Positions 40,088 to 50,300 of a stretch of DNA of 64,000 nt are shown here, one piece after another (positions within the stretch are counted from its first letter, which is position 1; each line of letters begins with the position of its first letter). A program made the position numbers and the translations under genes. The notes under the pieces are model-generated. The model saw only the letters and a program-made list of their open reading frames with translations, was not told where the DNA came from and did no database searches. Origin of the DNA: an uncultured virus (IMG/VR IMGVR_UViG_3300034095_001964) (taxonomy: Duplodnaviria; Heunggongvirae; Uroviricota; Caudoviricetes); IMG/VR virus record IMGVR_UViG_3300034095_001964; one strand, written 5' to 3'.

Positions 40088-40311
40088 AGATAAAAGTAAA
40101 GGACAATACAGGATTGGAACGCGATGTGAGTAGCAATGCCATCATCAATGTTGATGGCTCTGCATATGCGGCTGTTCTTGCTAAGCGTAAAGCCATGGCT
40201 GAAGCGCAAAGCAAGATGAATGGTCTTGAAGAAGAGGTGGCGTTCCTTAAAGAATCACAACGGCAATTGCAAGAAACCGTAAATAAACTAATAAGCCTCC
40301 TAGATAAATAA
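40084..40311 (+). CDS. conserved small T4-like protein (coiled coil)
   Basis: KVK...LERD..SNAIIN motif directly after the DUF4815 gene. Confidence 0.75.
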   Translation: MKIKVKDNTGLERDVSSNAIINVDGSAYAAVLAKRKAMAEAQSKMNGLEEEVAFLKESQRQLQETVNKLISLLDK

Positions 40312-40316
40312 TAACA

Positions 40317-41945
40317 ATGGACCTTTCTGAATACAATACTTTTTCAGGCATCAATACTAATGGCGTTACTGTTGCCGATACATTCAATACATGGCGCAAA
40401 AGCACAAATGGTATTATTCAAAAACTTACCGTTGAAGCTGGCAGCCCTACATGGGATACAACTGGAAAGGTTGTGATTGGCGCGGCTGTGACTAGTGGTA
40501 ATGCTGCAACTGTTGACATTGGAGTAGCTAGAACCGGCAGTGGAGATGCAATCTTAAATCTTGGCAGCGTTGCTGGTGGACTCAATGTTGTAATTAATCG
40601 TGCTAGCGGCGCAAACGGAACCTTTAGCATTACAAATAATGGAACCGGATTGTTTAGCATTAGTCAAGCAGCTGCCGGCGATATGCGTCTATTGACTAGT
40701 GCAGCCGAAAGAGTGCGAATATTAGCTAGCGGAAATGTTGGCATAGGCACGGCCGCTCCAACTGAATTGTTACATGTAGTTGGCAATTTTAAAGTTACCG
40801 GAGCGATTAGCAGTGGAGCGATTAGCAGTGGAGCGATTAGCAGCTCCGCCACGATTGGTGGAACGGATATTACAGCATCTGGAATTTTAAAATCGCAGAC
40901 ACTTGGAATAGGCGCCAGCAATACCGCGTTTACAGTAGCATCTGATGGCGCTGTGAGCGCAAAACGGTTATTGGTCGGAGATGGAACAGCAGTAGCGCCA
41001 AGCATTACCTTTAGCGCTGATGGTTCGACTGATACTGGGTTTAACCATACAACTGATGGCGCAATACAGGTGGTGTGCAATGCGGTAGTGGCTGGAACCT
41101 TTACATCTACGGGATTTGGTGGCAACTCTGCTACAGCTACCACCTTAAGTACTAACTCAGGTAATTGGCTTGCTAACGGAGTTATCTCTGCGGTTGTTGG
41201 CCAATTAGCTTGGAAAAACTTTGGAAGCGGCCACACAATTTTTGACGCCTCGGCTGGCACCTCTCCCAGTGGTGGTGCAGTAGATAATGCTAATCCGACC
41301 GTCGCTTGGATCCCCACCTACCCAAGCTTAATGGGTTGGAATGGTTCAAATACTTACGGTGTTAGAGTTGATTCTGCACGTGTTTCTGATTATGCCACAA
41401 CTACCTCAACTGCGAATTACGCGAATTACGCGGGAGCGGCGGGCGGTTTCAGATTTCAGGCCGATGCTGGCTTTAAGTCACTCGCTGCGGGTTCGAATTA
41501 TATCAGCGCCAGCTTTGTGGCAGAACAATACGATCAATGCGGGTATGGCTTTCATACCCCAGGCAGCAGAGGCGTTTACATACAACACTTACGCGACGTC
41601 GATGGTATTCGAATTTTAGACAGCAACAGCAGCTTTGCGCCGGTGCGCGCAAGTGCTTTTCCAACTGGGAGCAGCATAAAATTTAAAGAAAATGTACAAC
41701 CACTAAATAATGCCTTAAGTATTGTCGAATCCATGCAAGGTGTCACCTTTGATTGGAAAGCGTCTGGTGAGCCCAGCGTTGGATTTATTGCCGAAGATGT
41801 ATATGAGGTGCTTCCAACGGTGGTATCACTTGGTGCGGATGGTTTGCCTGAAGCAGTTGACTACTCAAAAATTACAGCAGTTCTTGTTGAGGCCGTCAAA
41901 CAATTGTCAGCAAGAGTCACAGCACTAGAGTCTGCACAGCAATAA
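40317..41945 (+). CDS. tail fibre with C-terminal peptidase S74 intramolecular chaperone
   Basis: DTFNTWR..TN N-terminus, GNVGIGT..P repeat, SSIKFKENV, GFIAEDV..VLP..V, VDYSKITAVLVEAVKQL. Confidence 0.85.
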   Translation: MDLSEYNTFSGINTNGVTVADTFNTWRKSTNGIIQKLTVEAGSPTWDTTGKVVIGAAVTSGNAATVDIGVARTGSGDAILNLGSVAGGLNVVINRASGANGTFSITNNGTGLFSISQAAAGDMRLLTSAAERVRILASGNVGIGTAAPTELLHVVGNFKVTGAISSGAISSGAISSSATIGGTDITASGILKSQTLGIGASNTAFTVASDGAVSAKRLLVGDGTAVAPSITFSADGSTDTGFNHTTDGAIQVVCNAVVAGTFTSTGFGGNSATATTLSTNSGNWLANGVISAVVGQLAWKNFGSGHTIFDASAGTSPSGGAVDNANPTVAWIPTYPSLMGWNGSNTYGVRVDSARVSDYATTTSTANYANYAGAAGGFRFQADAGFKSLAAGSNYISASFVAEQYDQCGYGFHTPGSRGVYIQHLRDVDGIRILDSNSSFAPVRASAFPTGSSIKFKENVQPLNNALSIVESMQGVTFDWKASGEPSVGFIAEDVYEVLPTVVSLGADGLPEAVDYSKITAVLVEAVKQLSARVTALESAQQ

Positions 41946-41997
41946 CACGCTGCAGCAACCAGCCATGCACAATGGTACTTTATGTAAAAAAGTTTAT

Positions 41998-42005
41998 TAT
42001 AAATA
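41998..42005 (+). promoter_or_regulatory. T4-type late promoter
   Basis: TATAAATA upstream of ATG 42012. Confidence 0.7.
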
Positions 42006-42011
42006 CCGTAT

Positions 42012-42404
42012 ATGGCAATGTATGCAGACTTATATGCCGATCAAGGATCGCACTTTACTACCGTTGTTAGTGTAGGCACTGGCAACGCCTTTGACACAAA
42101 TTTAACCGGATACACCGCACGCGGGAAGATTCGCAAATCATACGCTTCCACCAGTGCATACAGTTTTACGGTAACCGTCGCAAGCCCTGCCACGGACGGG
42201 CAACTGCTGGTTGCTCTATCCTCGGCCGAGACACAAGCTATCAAGCCAGGGCGTTACCTGTATGACATTGAAATTATACAAACGTCAACACTTAAAGTTA
42301 CGCGTGTGCTTGAAGGCCAAATTGATTTTAGTCCTAGTGTAACAAGTGTAATCACAACCGTCGATACGCTTGATGAGCCAATTATTGACGGAGGAGTTTA
42401 TTAA
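42012..42404 (+). CDS. small virion structural/adaptor protein
   Basis: DQGSHF, LTGYTA..KIRKSY, LSSAET..IKPGRYLYDIEI, RVLEG motif of T4-like structural proteins. Confidence 0.75.
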   Translation: MAMYADLYADQGSHFTTVVSVGTGNAFDTNLTGYTARGKIRKSYASTSAYSFTVTVASPATDGQLLVALSSAETQAIKPGRYLYDIEIIQTSTLKVTRVLEGQIDFSPSVTSVITTVDTLDEPIIDGGVY

Positions 42405-42405
42405 A

Positions 42406-44772
42406 ATGATAACAGACACAATACTTCTTAAACGCTCAGATGTCGAGAATAAAGTACCATTGGTAAGCGATCTCGAATATGGTGAAGTTGCATTAAATTA
42501 TAAAGATGGAAAACTTTATTATAAAAATACATCAAACGCAATTGTATCGCTAAATACCAGCGCAGTAATCGTCGGTGCGAGTGGTGTGATCGTTGGCGCA
42601 AGCGGCGTGCCTGGAGCGAGTGGTGTTGCAGGAGCGAGTGGTGCTAGTGGTGTTGCAGGAGCCAGTGGTGTTGCAGGAGCCAGTGGTGTTGCAGGAGCCA
42701 GTGGTGTTGCCGGAGCGAGTGGAGCCAGTGGCGCGAGTGGAACAGCCGGAACTAGTGTGTATATACTTGGCTCGTTGGCAAACGCTGGTCTGCTTCCCAC
42801 AACAGCGCCTCTAGGAGCAGGCTATTTAATTTCAGGCGATCTCTATGTTTGGTCAGCAAGCACAAGCACGTGGATAAATGTTGGAAACATTCAGGGCCCA
42901 ACTGGTGCAAATGGCCCGGCAGGTGCATCTGGTGCTAGTGGTGCATCTGGTGCTAGTGGCCCGGCTGGTGCATCTGGTGCCAGTGGTGCATCTGGTGCTA
43001 GTGGATTGGTTGGTGCATCGGGTGCAACTGGAGCGCGAGGCACTGGTGCTACAGGCGCAAGTGGTGCAGTGCAATTCAACAACGCTGGAACGATAGCAGC
43101 AGACAGCGGATTGGTCTACACGGGCACAGGCGACGCTGGCAAGCTAACCGTCGGCGGTGGTCGCATATTCATGGACGCGACAACTGGGATTGCGCCAAGC
43201 GACAATGTCGCGATAGGAGGTGCAAACCAAACCTCCTTATTACCTTTTTCAGGAACTCCTGATACTGTCCCTCCAGTTCCCTTTACTGGATCTTTAAATG
43301 TTTCTATTGGTGCTGGCAGTTGTCAAAGGATAACAACAGGCAATCGAAACGTCGCCTGTGGGTCATATTCGATGTATTCTTTGACCACTGGTGCCAGTAA
43401 TTTGGCCATTGGTAATAATGCACTGACAAATTTAACTACTGGTTCAAGAAATATCGCACTAGGTTCTGGAGCCGGAGGCCCATCAACAGGGAATGATAAC
43501 ATATTGATTGGTTCAGCAACCGCAGAGCCCACTGCAAATTGCCAAATTGCCATCGCTGGTACACCTGACGGGCCATCATCCACCGTTATTGGCTTTGATG
43601 GAAGAGGCAACGAAGCACAAACAACAAAAACCCGGTTTATAGGCAATACTTTAACATGGGGCGATGGTGTTCAGAACACCTATGGCAATGTAAACGCAAG
43701 AGCGTGGCATAGAACATCACTTGTGCAAACCGCTACGCATACTAACGGCAACACTGAAGCTAGCGGAGCAAAAACCATTACCTTACCCAACGCAAACGGC
43801 ACACTGCCAGTGTATACTGGAGCATGGACACCCGGAGCTGTACTTACCGCAACTGGTGCAACAGGTGTTGCAACATGGATTGCTGGCGCTGCTGGTGCAA
43901 GTGGCGTTGCTGGTGCAACTGGTGCAACCGGTGCGAGTGGCGCCAGCGGACTCAGCGGCGGAATAACTCTTGCAGTTACGGCGTCTGGCACTAGCGCTTA
44001 TGTCATCAACGGCGCATCAAACCCGACCATCTCATTTATACGCGGCCATCGTTACATCATTAATGTTAACACTCCCGGTCATCCATTTTGGATTCAAACA
44101 GCTTCCGGAGCGCACAATGGTGCAGCTATCTATAATACGGGTGTGACCAACAATGGTGCTCAGGTCGGACCAATTACGGTTGAAGTTGCATTTGATGCTC
44201 CTCAACTGTATTATGTTTGTCAGAATCACCCAGCTATGGCCGGCTCCATCGTGGTATCCAATCTTGGCCCAACTGGTGCAACTGGCGCAAGTGGTGTAAC
44301 TGGTGCGAGTGGTGTCGCTGGCGCAACTGGTGCGAGTGGTGTTCCTGGCGCGAGCGGTGTTCCTGGCAGCGGAGCGAGTGGCGCACTAGGCAATGTAACC
44401 ATTTCTGGGTACTCCGAATCTTACGTGTTGTTGGGTGCGAGTGGTGTAATGGGTGCTACCAGTTCTATTACTACGGCTCAGCTTAACACAGCAACAATCT
44501 TTGCTGGTTCTTTAGCACAGGCCTGTGCACTAACATTGCCAACCGCAGCAGCTGGGCGATCTTTAACCTTAATGATACAAACTGGCGCAACACCATACAC
44601 TCTAACACTAGATCCTGCGCGTCAGGCAGGTGCAGCCACTGTGGGTGAGGCAACTGATGCCATTGCATTCTCTGCCAACAGCACAACATTAATTGTGTGC
44701 ACTGTATTAATCACCGCAGTTGGCAATCCATTTTGGAGCTACGCCGTCGGGCAGGCTACACTTACACCTTAA
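42406..44772 (+). CDS. collagen-like fibre protein with cupredoxin-like module
   Basis: ILLKRS..P....LEYGEVALNY.DGKLYY head; several G-A-S/G-A-T repeat tracts; N.A.G repeats; GHPF..YVCQNHPAM. Confidence 0.8.
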   Translation: MITDTILLKRSDVENKVPLVSDLEYGEVALNYKDGKLYYKNTSNAIVSLNTSAVIVGASGVIVGASGVPGASGVAGASGASGVAGASGVAGASGVAGASGVAGASGASGASGTAGTSVYILGSLANAGLLPTTAPLGAGYLISGDLYVWSASTSTWINVGNIQGPTGANGPAGASGASGASGASGPAGASGASGASGASGLVGASGATGARGTGATGASGAVQFNNAGTIAADSGLVYTGTGDAGKLTVGGGRIFMDATTGIAPSDNVAIGGANQTSLLPFSGTPDTVPPVPFTGSLNVSIGAGSCQRITTGNRNVACGSYSMYSLTTGASNLAIGNNALTNLTTGSRNIALGSGAGGPSTGNDNILIGSATAEPTANCQIAIAGTPDGPSSTVIGFDGRGNEAQTTKTRFIGNTLTWGDGVQNTYGNVNARAWHRTSLVQTATHTNGNTEASGAKTITLPNANGTLPVYTGAWTPGAVLTATGATGVATWIAGAAGASGVAGATGATGASGASGLSGGITLAVTASGTSAYVINGASNPTISFIRGHRYIINVNTPGHPFWIQTASGAHNGAAIYNTGVTNNGAQVGPITVEVAFDAPQLYYVCQNHPAMAGSIVVSNLGPTGATGASGVTGASGVAGATGASGVPGASGVPGSGASGALGNVTISGYSESYVLLGASGVMGATSSITTAQLNTATIFAGSLAQACALTLPTAAAGRSLTLMIQTGATPYTLTLDPARQAGAATVGEATDAIAFSANSTTLIVCTVLITAVGNPFWSYAVGQATLTP

Positions 44773-44777
44773 TATGT

Positions 44778-45971
44778 ATGATTTCTAACCGACTCCTGTC
44801 TGTTTTTGGCGGTGTGTCCGCGCCGACACCACCATCACCGCTCACCATGGGCTGGCAGCCGTCAGTTGCGGCGAAGAACGCGCAAAATACAATAGTAAGT
44901 GATGAAGGAAATTTGGTGGTGGCCAAAAGATTTGGTGTTGATGCAAATGTAACCATAAATGGCGTTACTTTTATCGGAACTGCACAATCATACGGCACTG
45001 GTCAAGGCGTTGGAACTCCAACATATACATTCTTTAGTGATACAGGCACTGCAAGTCCTGAATTAATTTCGCTATATTCATATTTTACCTTTGGAATACA
45101 AGGTGGCGCACACACCATATCTGGGTTAACCACTGGAGCCACTTACATGTTGCAGTGGTTTTTTGCTGATGAGAGAACCTCAGGCGATATTGCTACCAGA
45201 AATCAAAGCGTAACAATTGCTAACTACGCAAATACTTTCCCGGCGCAGCTGGTAGCAAAAGCAACCAAATGTTATTTCGTTGCAACAAGCACATCACATG
45301 ATATTGTTATTGGTGGTAATGAAGATGGGCATATAGCCGCGTTTCAAGTGAGACAAATACCAGCTGTTAGCACGTCGCTGTCAGCATCCGCGGCAACCAT
45401 CAATTTTGGCACAAGTGCTTCTCTCACATGGAGCGCAACCAATGCTGCAGCAGCAGCCATATCTCCAGGTGTTGGCCCAGTATCAATTACAGGCGGAAGC
45501 ATTGCTGTTGCGCCAACCTCTACAACAACATATACCATTACTGCCTTTAGTTCTGTTGGATTAACCGCTACGGCCAGTGTCACAGTTAGTGTTGTGACCA
45601 CACCGCCAGTCATTGGCACACAACCAGCATCACAAACAATCGTTAGTGGAAGCACTGCCACCTTGACGGTAATGGCAAGCGGAGGCGGCACATTATCCTA
45701 TGCATGGTATCAAGGCACTAGTGGCACTACAACCACAAGTGTTGGAACCAATGCAGCCAGCTTTACCACACCATCCTTGACCAGCACCACAAGTTATTGG
45801 GTGCGTGTCACCAACAGCGCTGGCTCTGTAGACTCCAGCACTGCTACGGTTACTGTTACGGCTCCGGTTCCAGTTATAAGTAGCCCTGACACCGCCACTG
45901 GAACAGTCGGCACTCCGTTTAGCTATCAGATTGTCGCTTCTAGCAATCCAACATCATACACTACTTCATAA
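44778..45971 (+). CDS. Ig-domain structural protein ending in an N-terminal half putative-Ig domain
   Basis: PVIGTQPASQTIVSGSTATLTV..LSYAWYQG..YWVRVTNSAGS Ig domain; ends PVISSPDTATGTVGTPFSYQIVASSNPTSYTTS*. Confidence 0.75.
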   Translation: MISNRLLSVFGGVSAPTPPSPLTMGWQPSVAAKNAQNTIVSDEGNLVVAKRFGVDANVTINGVTFIGTAQSYGTGQGVGTPTYTFFSDTGTASPELISLYSYFTFGIQGGAHTISGLTTGATYMLQWFFADERTSGDIATRNQSVTIANYANTFPAQLVAKATKCYFVATSTSHDIVIGGNEDGHIAAFQVRQIPAVSTSLSASAATINFGTSASLTWSATNAAAAAISPGVGPVSITGGSIAVAPTSTTTYTITAFSSVGLTATASVTVSVVTTPPVIGTQPASQTIVSGSTATLTVMASGGGTLSYAWYQGTSGTTTTSVGTNAASFTTPSLTSTTSYWVRVTNSAGSVDSSTATVTVTAPVPVISSPDTATGTVGTPFSYQIVASSNPTSYTTS

Positions 45972-45980
45972 ATACTACAT

Positions 45981-47375
45981 ATGCCAACTATACCACAAGT
46001 TTATATCAGTTATTCATTTGTCAATGAAACAACCATAGCCGACGGAACACGTGTAAAGATAACACAAACGCCACCGACAACAACACCAGATGCAGCGAGA
46101 AATTGGAGTCTATACACTACGCTACCGACTTATACACAAAGTCAACTTGTGTATGGCAGTATTGGTCAGCTCGCGCTTAATAATAGATATTATGTAAGAT
46201 TCTTGCCGTATAATGACGTTGGCGAAGCAGAGGTATTTTATCCTGACTTGACAATCTATAGCAAGCCAGCAGCGCCAACATTAGTGGCGCCAAGCGTATC
46301 AGACACTACAATCTCTGTTAACTGGAGCTCAGTCGCCGATCCTCTTTCAGGTGGGTTTAAAATCAGGTATCATCGCACTAGTGTGACGCCAGTTGTATGG
46401 ACAGAAGTGCTGGTGACAACACCCAGTGCTAGAACATACACAATAACAAATTTACCAAATGCTACCTCATACACTATAGAGGTATCAAGCTATAATCAAA
46501 ACGATGGTTACATTGAAGAGAGCGCAGCGTTTAGCACCACTGCCTTAACAGCAAGCGGCTATAGCTCTTCAATACTTGCGCTAGAGCCTATACACTATTA
46601 CAGGCTAAATGATCTTGGATCTAGCACCACTTGGGGAATTGATACCTATGATGGTACAGACAGTGGAGTTGGCTCAAGCTCTACTGGCAATGCACCGTTT
46701 TCAACGCGAGCATTGGCAAAAGGACAATTTGGTGTAACGTACGACTCGCTTAGCGGTTTACTGCTTGGGAAGACAGCTGATGACGAGGCGGTTGGGGTGT
46801 TTAATAGTGGCTCTATATATAACGGTTATAATAGTGATGGCAATTGGGACAGGCGTGTATATTTTAACCGGCCAGGCAATGTTGGAAAAGCCACAATAAT
46901 GTTCATATACAAACCAAGTGTAGTTGCAAACTCTGTAAATACTTTGTTTAAGTTGGAAGGCTTCCGCGATTTTGGGCCGACCGGCGGAAGCGTAGGTAGT
47001 ATAGAGTTGGTAGAGACTATGGACGCTTCAGCTCTTTTCAAATTAAAGTTAAATATTCAAGATGATAATGGAACCAATTCGTATAATGTGTTCGCTACTT
47101 CACCTGAGTCAGCGCCTAGTGCGGCCACTGGTGCTACAGCACATGTGGCGGTAGTAATTGACTCAGACAGTCAGAAAGTTTATCTGAATGGCGTGGTAGT
47201 TGCATCATCTAGCATAGTTTCCAACGAGATATTGCAATCATTAATTGGATATATTTACAGTTCATCGCATAGCAATGCTTATCCTGGCAGCTTTGCTATA
47301 GATGAAGTAAGTATATTCAACAAGGCACTATCAGCAGCACAGATACTAAGCTTTAAGCAAGCGGCCATCGGGTAA
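45981..47375 (+). CDS. Fn3 + LamG/concanavalin-like protein
   Basis: ISVNWS..YTITNL..TSYTIEV Fn3; ILALEPIHYYRLND, HVAVV...VYLNG, IDEVSIFNKALSAAQI LamG. Confidence 0.8.
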   Translation: MPTIPQVYISYSFVNETTIADGTRVKITQTPPTTTPDAARNWSLYTTLPTYTQSQLVYGSIGQLALNNRYYVRFLPYNDVGEAEVFYPDLTIYSKPAAPTLVAPSVSDTTISVNWSSVADPLSGGFKIRYHRTSVTPVVWTEVLVTTPSARTYTITNLPNATSYTIEVSSYNQNDGYIEESAAFSTTALTASGYSSSILALEPIHYYRLNDLGSSTTWGIDTYDGTDSGVGSSSTGNAPFSTRALAKGQFGVTYDSLSGLLLGKTADDEAVGVFNSGSIYNGYNSDGNWDRRVYFNRPGNVGKATIMFIYKPSVVANSVNTLFKLEGFRDFGPTGGSVGSIELVETMDASALFKLKLNIQDDNGTNSYNVFATSPESAPSAATGATAHVAVVIDSDSQKVYLNGVVVASSSIVSNEILQSLIGYIYSSSHSNAYPGSFAIDEVSIFNKALSAAQILSFKQAAIG

Positions 47376-47392
47376 CACACGCATACAACTAC

Positions 47393-50300
47393 ATGGCAAC
47401 ATTCATCGACGTACAAACCGATTCTGCACTAGATAAAATCACTTGGACATTCAGCCAAGACTGCCAAACTGGTACTTTCGCCAACGGTGAACCATGGGTA
47501 GTGGGTCCAGTTACCATTGTTAATATTTCTCCTAAGCCTACAGACACGCCAGACATACGCCGCGTAAGTGCAATTAATGGGCCACAGAAAGAAACGGTAT
47601 TACGAACAGTATCTCAACCAAAAAATGCTGTAGGCACTTTGGCATGGCCTCACGGTCCACTACAAGATCCTAATTCAAACACACCGCGTCAGGGCGTTGG
47701 AACGGTATGGCATGGCTCCATGATTAATCCAACATTGGATGATTGGGGTAGCTCACAATATAGTGGGTATTACGCACCTCCAAACGGCTTTGATACACGT
47801 ATAGATTACTCTCGATCAGATAGCACCGCAGCGGAGGTTACGGCCTCTGTAAGCACGTACAAGAATGCTCTTAATGTTGCTTTGAAAGTTTGTGAAGGAG
47901 CTGCTAACGGAGTTACAAATTTTACACTTCAAGCTGGCGATATGTTGTTTTCGGCAAGAAGCTATGTGAACCCAAATCCTGCTGATTCAGGTAAAGACGG
48001 GTCTTACTACTCAACGTGTTTGCAAAAGATAGCAGTACTTACGGTATTGTCTGCTGCACCACCAACTGGCAGCTTTCGACCGTCTCTATGGGGCACCGAT
48101 AAGACGGTCAATTGGAACATAAGTGATATTGACTGGAGTGTGTTTAAGGAGCTGAGTTTACCAGCGGGAAGCGGTAGTGATACCACAGCAGCCTTTACGT
48201 ATGAGGACATGACTAAAATAATGCCATCCTTACCTTGGATTGAATGGCACGACAATGCAACAACATCTCTGAGTATACCAACTCTAAATAGTAGTGCGCT
48301 TCTAAGTTTTAATGACCCTACTTATTATATTAAACAGAGCAATACCAGTTACCCCAACGGAACATGGTTTGATACAGGAGCAGCTGCGGGTGAATCATAT
48401 GATATTAGCGGTGCTGTTGTAAGAGAAGCTGCGGCATACGGTCGTGAAGCTGCCGATAAATTTGGAAGTGTTGCGCTATGGCTAAACACTGGCTCGTTAA
48501 CTGATGACAAGAAAAGGATTGCTTATCGGTATATACAGAATGGCTTGGATATATTTGATTGGTTGTATAAGTATGATTCTGCTACCTCTAGCTGGATAAG
48601 AAGAGGGCCAACCAGCTTTAGTCCAGACGGTGCGCATCGCCAAGGGCGTAAGCTACCGGTTGTTGTTGCAGCAGCTTGTCTAGGTGCTAAGCCTGGCGCA
48701 GCAACTACAGCCTTAAAGTATGCTGCAGGGCAATGGAAAGCTGTAAATGGAACGGTATCAGGTGAAGGTTTCGCAGAAGATGCTACGGTATTTACAGTAA
48801 ACACTGGTGACTTGACACGCACCATTAATCCGCCATCTGGAAGTTGGGCTGGGCGGCCGTTTGCGACGTATGATAAAAGCTGGTTGGGTAAAGCCGATTG
48901 GGGAATTCAGCACAGCCGCAGTCCTACAGATGACAACGCCTATCAAGATTCTACCTATCGGAGTGTGCAGCATATGGAGTCTTCGTGGTTGGCATGTCGA
49001 CTAATGAACTTGCACACGGTCTGGAATCATGATGCCGCCACAGTTTTATATTTTGAAAGATATCATGGGCCAGCTGCAGGAGCGATATTGACAGCTACTA
49101 CCAATACCGCTAGTTTTATGTATGCGCGGATGATGCCTGCATATTTTAACTTGTTTTTTATAGGTCGCAAAATTGTTACCAAGCAGGCTACAGCGGTCCG
49201 AGGAGCGGCTGGCAGCGGATCAAGCACAAACTTTACAGCTAATAAGGTGGGTACCATTATTGCTGGTCCAACAAACATTACTGGCGTCAATTGGTGGCAG
49301 ATTCGTTATAAAAATGGACCTACCTTAGCAACGCCGTTAACTGGCTGGAGCCCCGAGACTGATATTAACGTATTGGGTGCAGGCTTTAATACAACCATTG
49401 ACGGGCGTGGTGGTATATTTGAAGCAGGTAAAGCCGTAAGTCTAATTACCAGTGTGCCCGATGCTAGTGTCTATTATACAACAAGCGCAATAAATTCGCC
49501 CGTCACAACGCCAGCCGACTATGACTCTTCTTCTGGCGTTGCAAAGTTAAACCCAGGCAGTACCATAGGCACCAGCAGTTATAGTTTGCCGTCTGGTGTT
49601 GATACGGTCTTTACCACTGCAATTGTGCGTGAAGGTTATGATATGTCCGACGTTACTAGTGCAACATACCGCATTGACAGCAGCGGTAAGCCAGTTCAAC
49701 CATCACAATCGCGAGGAGTTGCATCATCGACGCAGCCGGAGCCAGCGTTAATTTTTGGTCCAACCTCCACTCTTACACAATATGGCATCACTTGGACTTT
49801 TGCGTCTCAACTAGCACTTGGACAATATGGTCAGTTTGTGAATGGTGATTGGTGGGTGGTGGGACCAGTAGACATTTCCAACATCAACCCTAAGACCGTC
49901 AGTGGCGGAGACCCGATCAATGGTTCGATGCTTAATCCAATCCCAAACGAACCTCAAGGATTATGTAACCGCGGTGAGCCTGGTGAACTTCCCCTTTATG
50001 CACCCGCAAAAAACATTGCGCTCCAGCTACCATACTCTGTTGCTCCTGAAAATTCGGTATATTCGACAATGGACAACCCTGATACTTACGTGGTCCCGGC
50101 GGATCCATCACGGCCGCAAGAAAAAACATATTTTAAGGAAACAGCAGTTCTAACCGTTCTGAGCGTAGCTCCTCCAGCAGGAAGTTTTCGTCCTCCTTAT
50201 GCGGGGACTGCTAAGACCATCAAAGGCAATTGGAAGGAAAGCAGCATGAATTATGCCGTTCTTAGAAAGTTAGCCGCGCCAATCCCAGCAAATGTTCCGA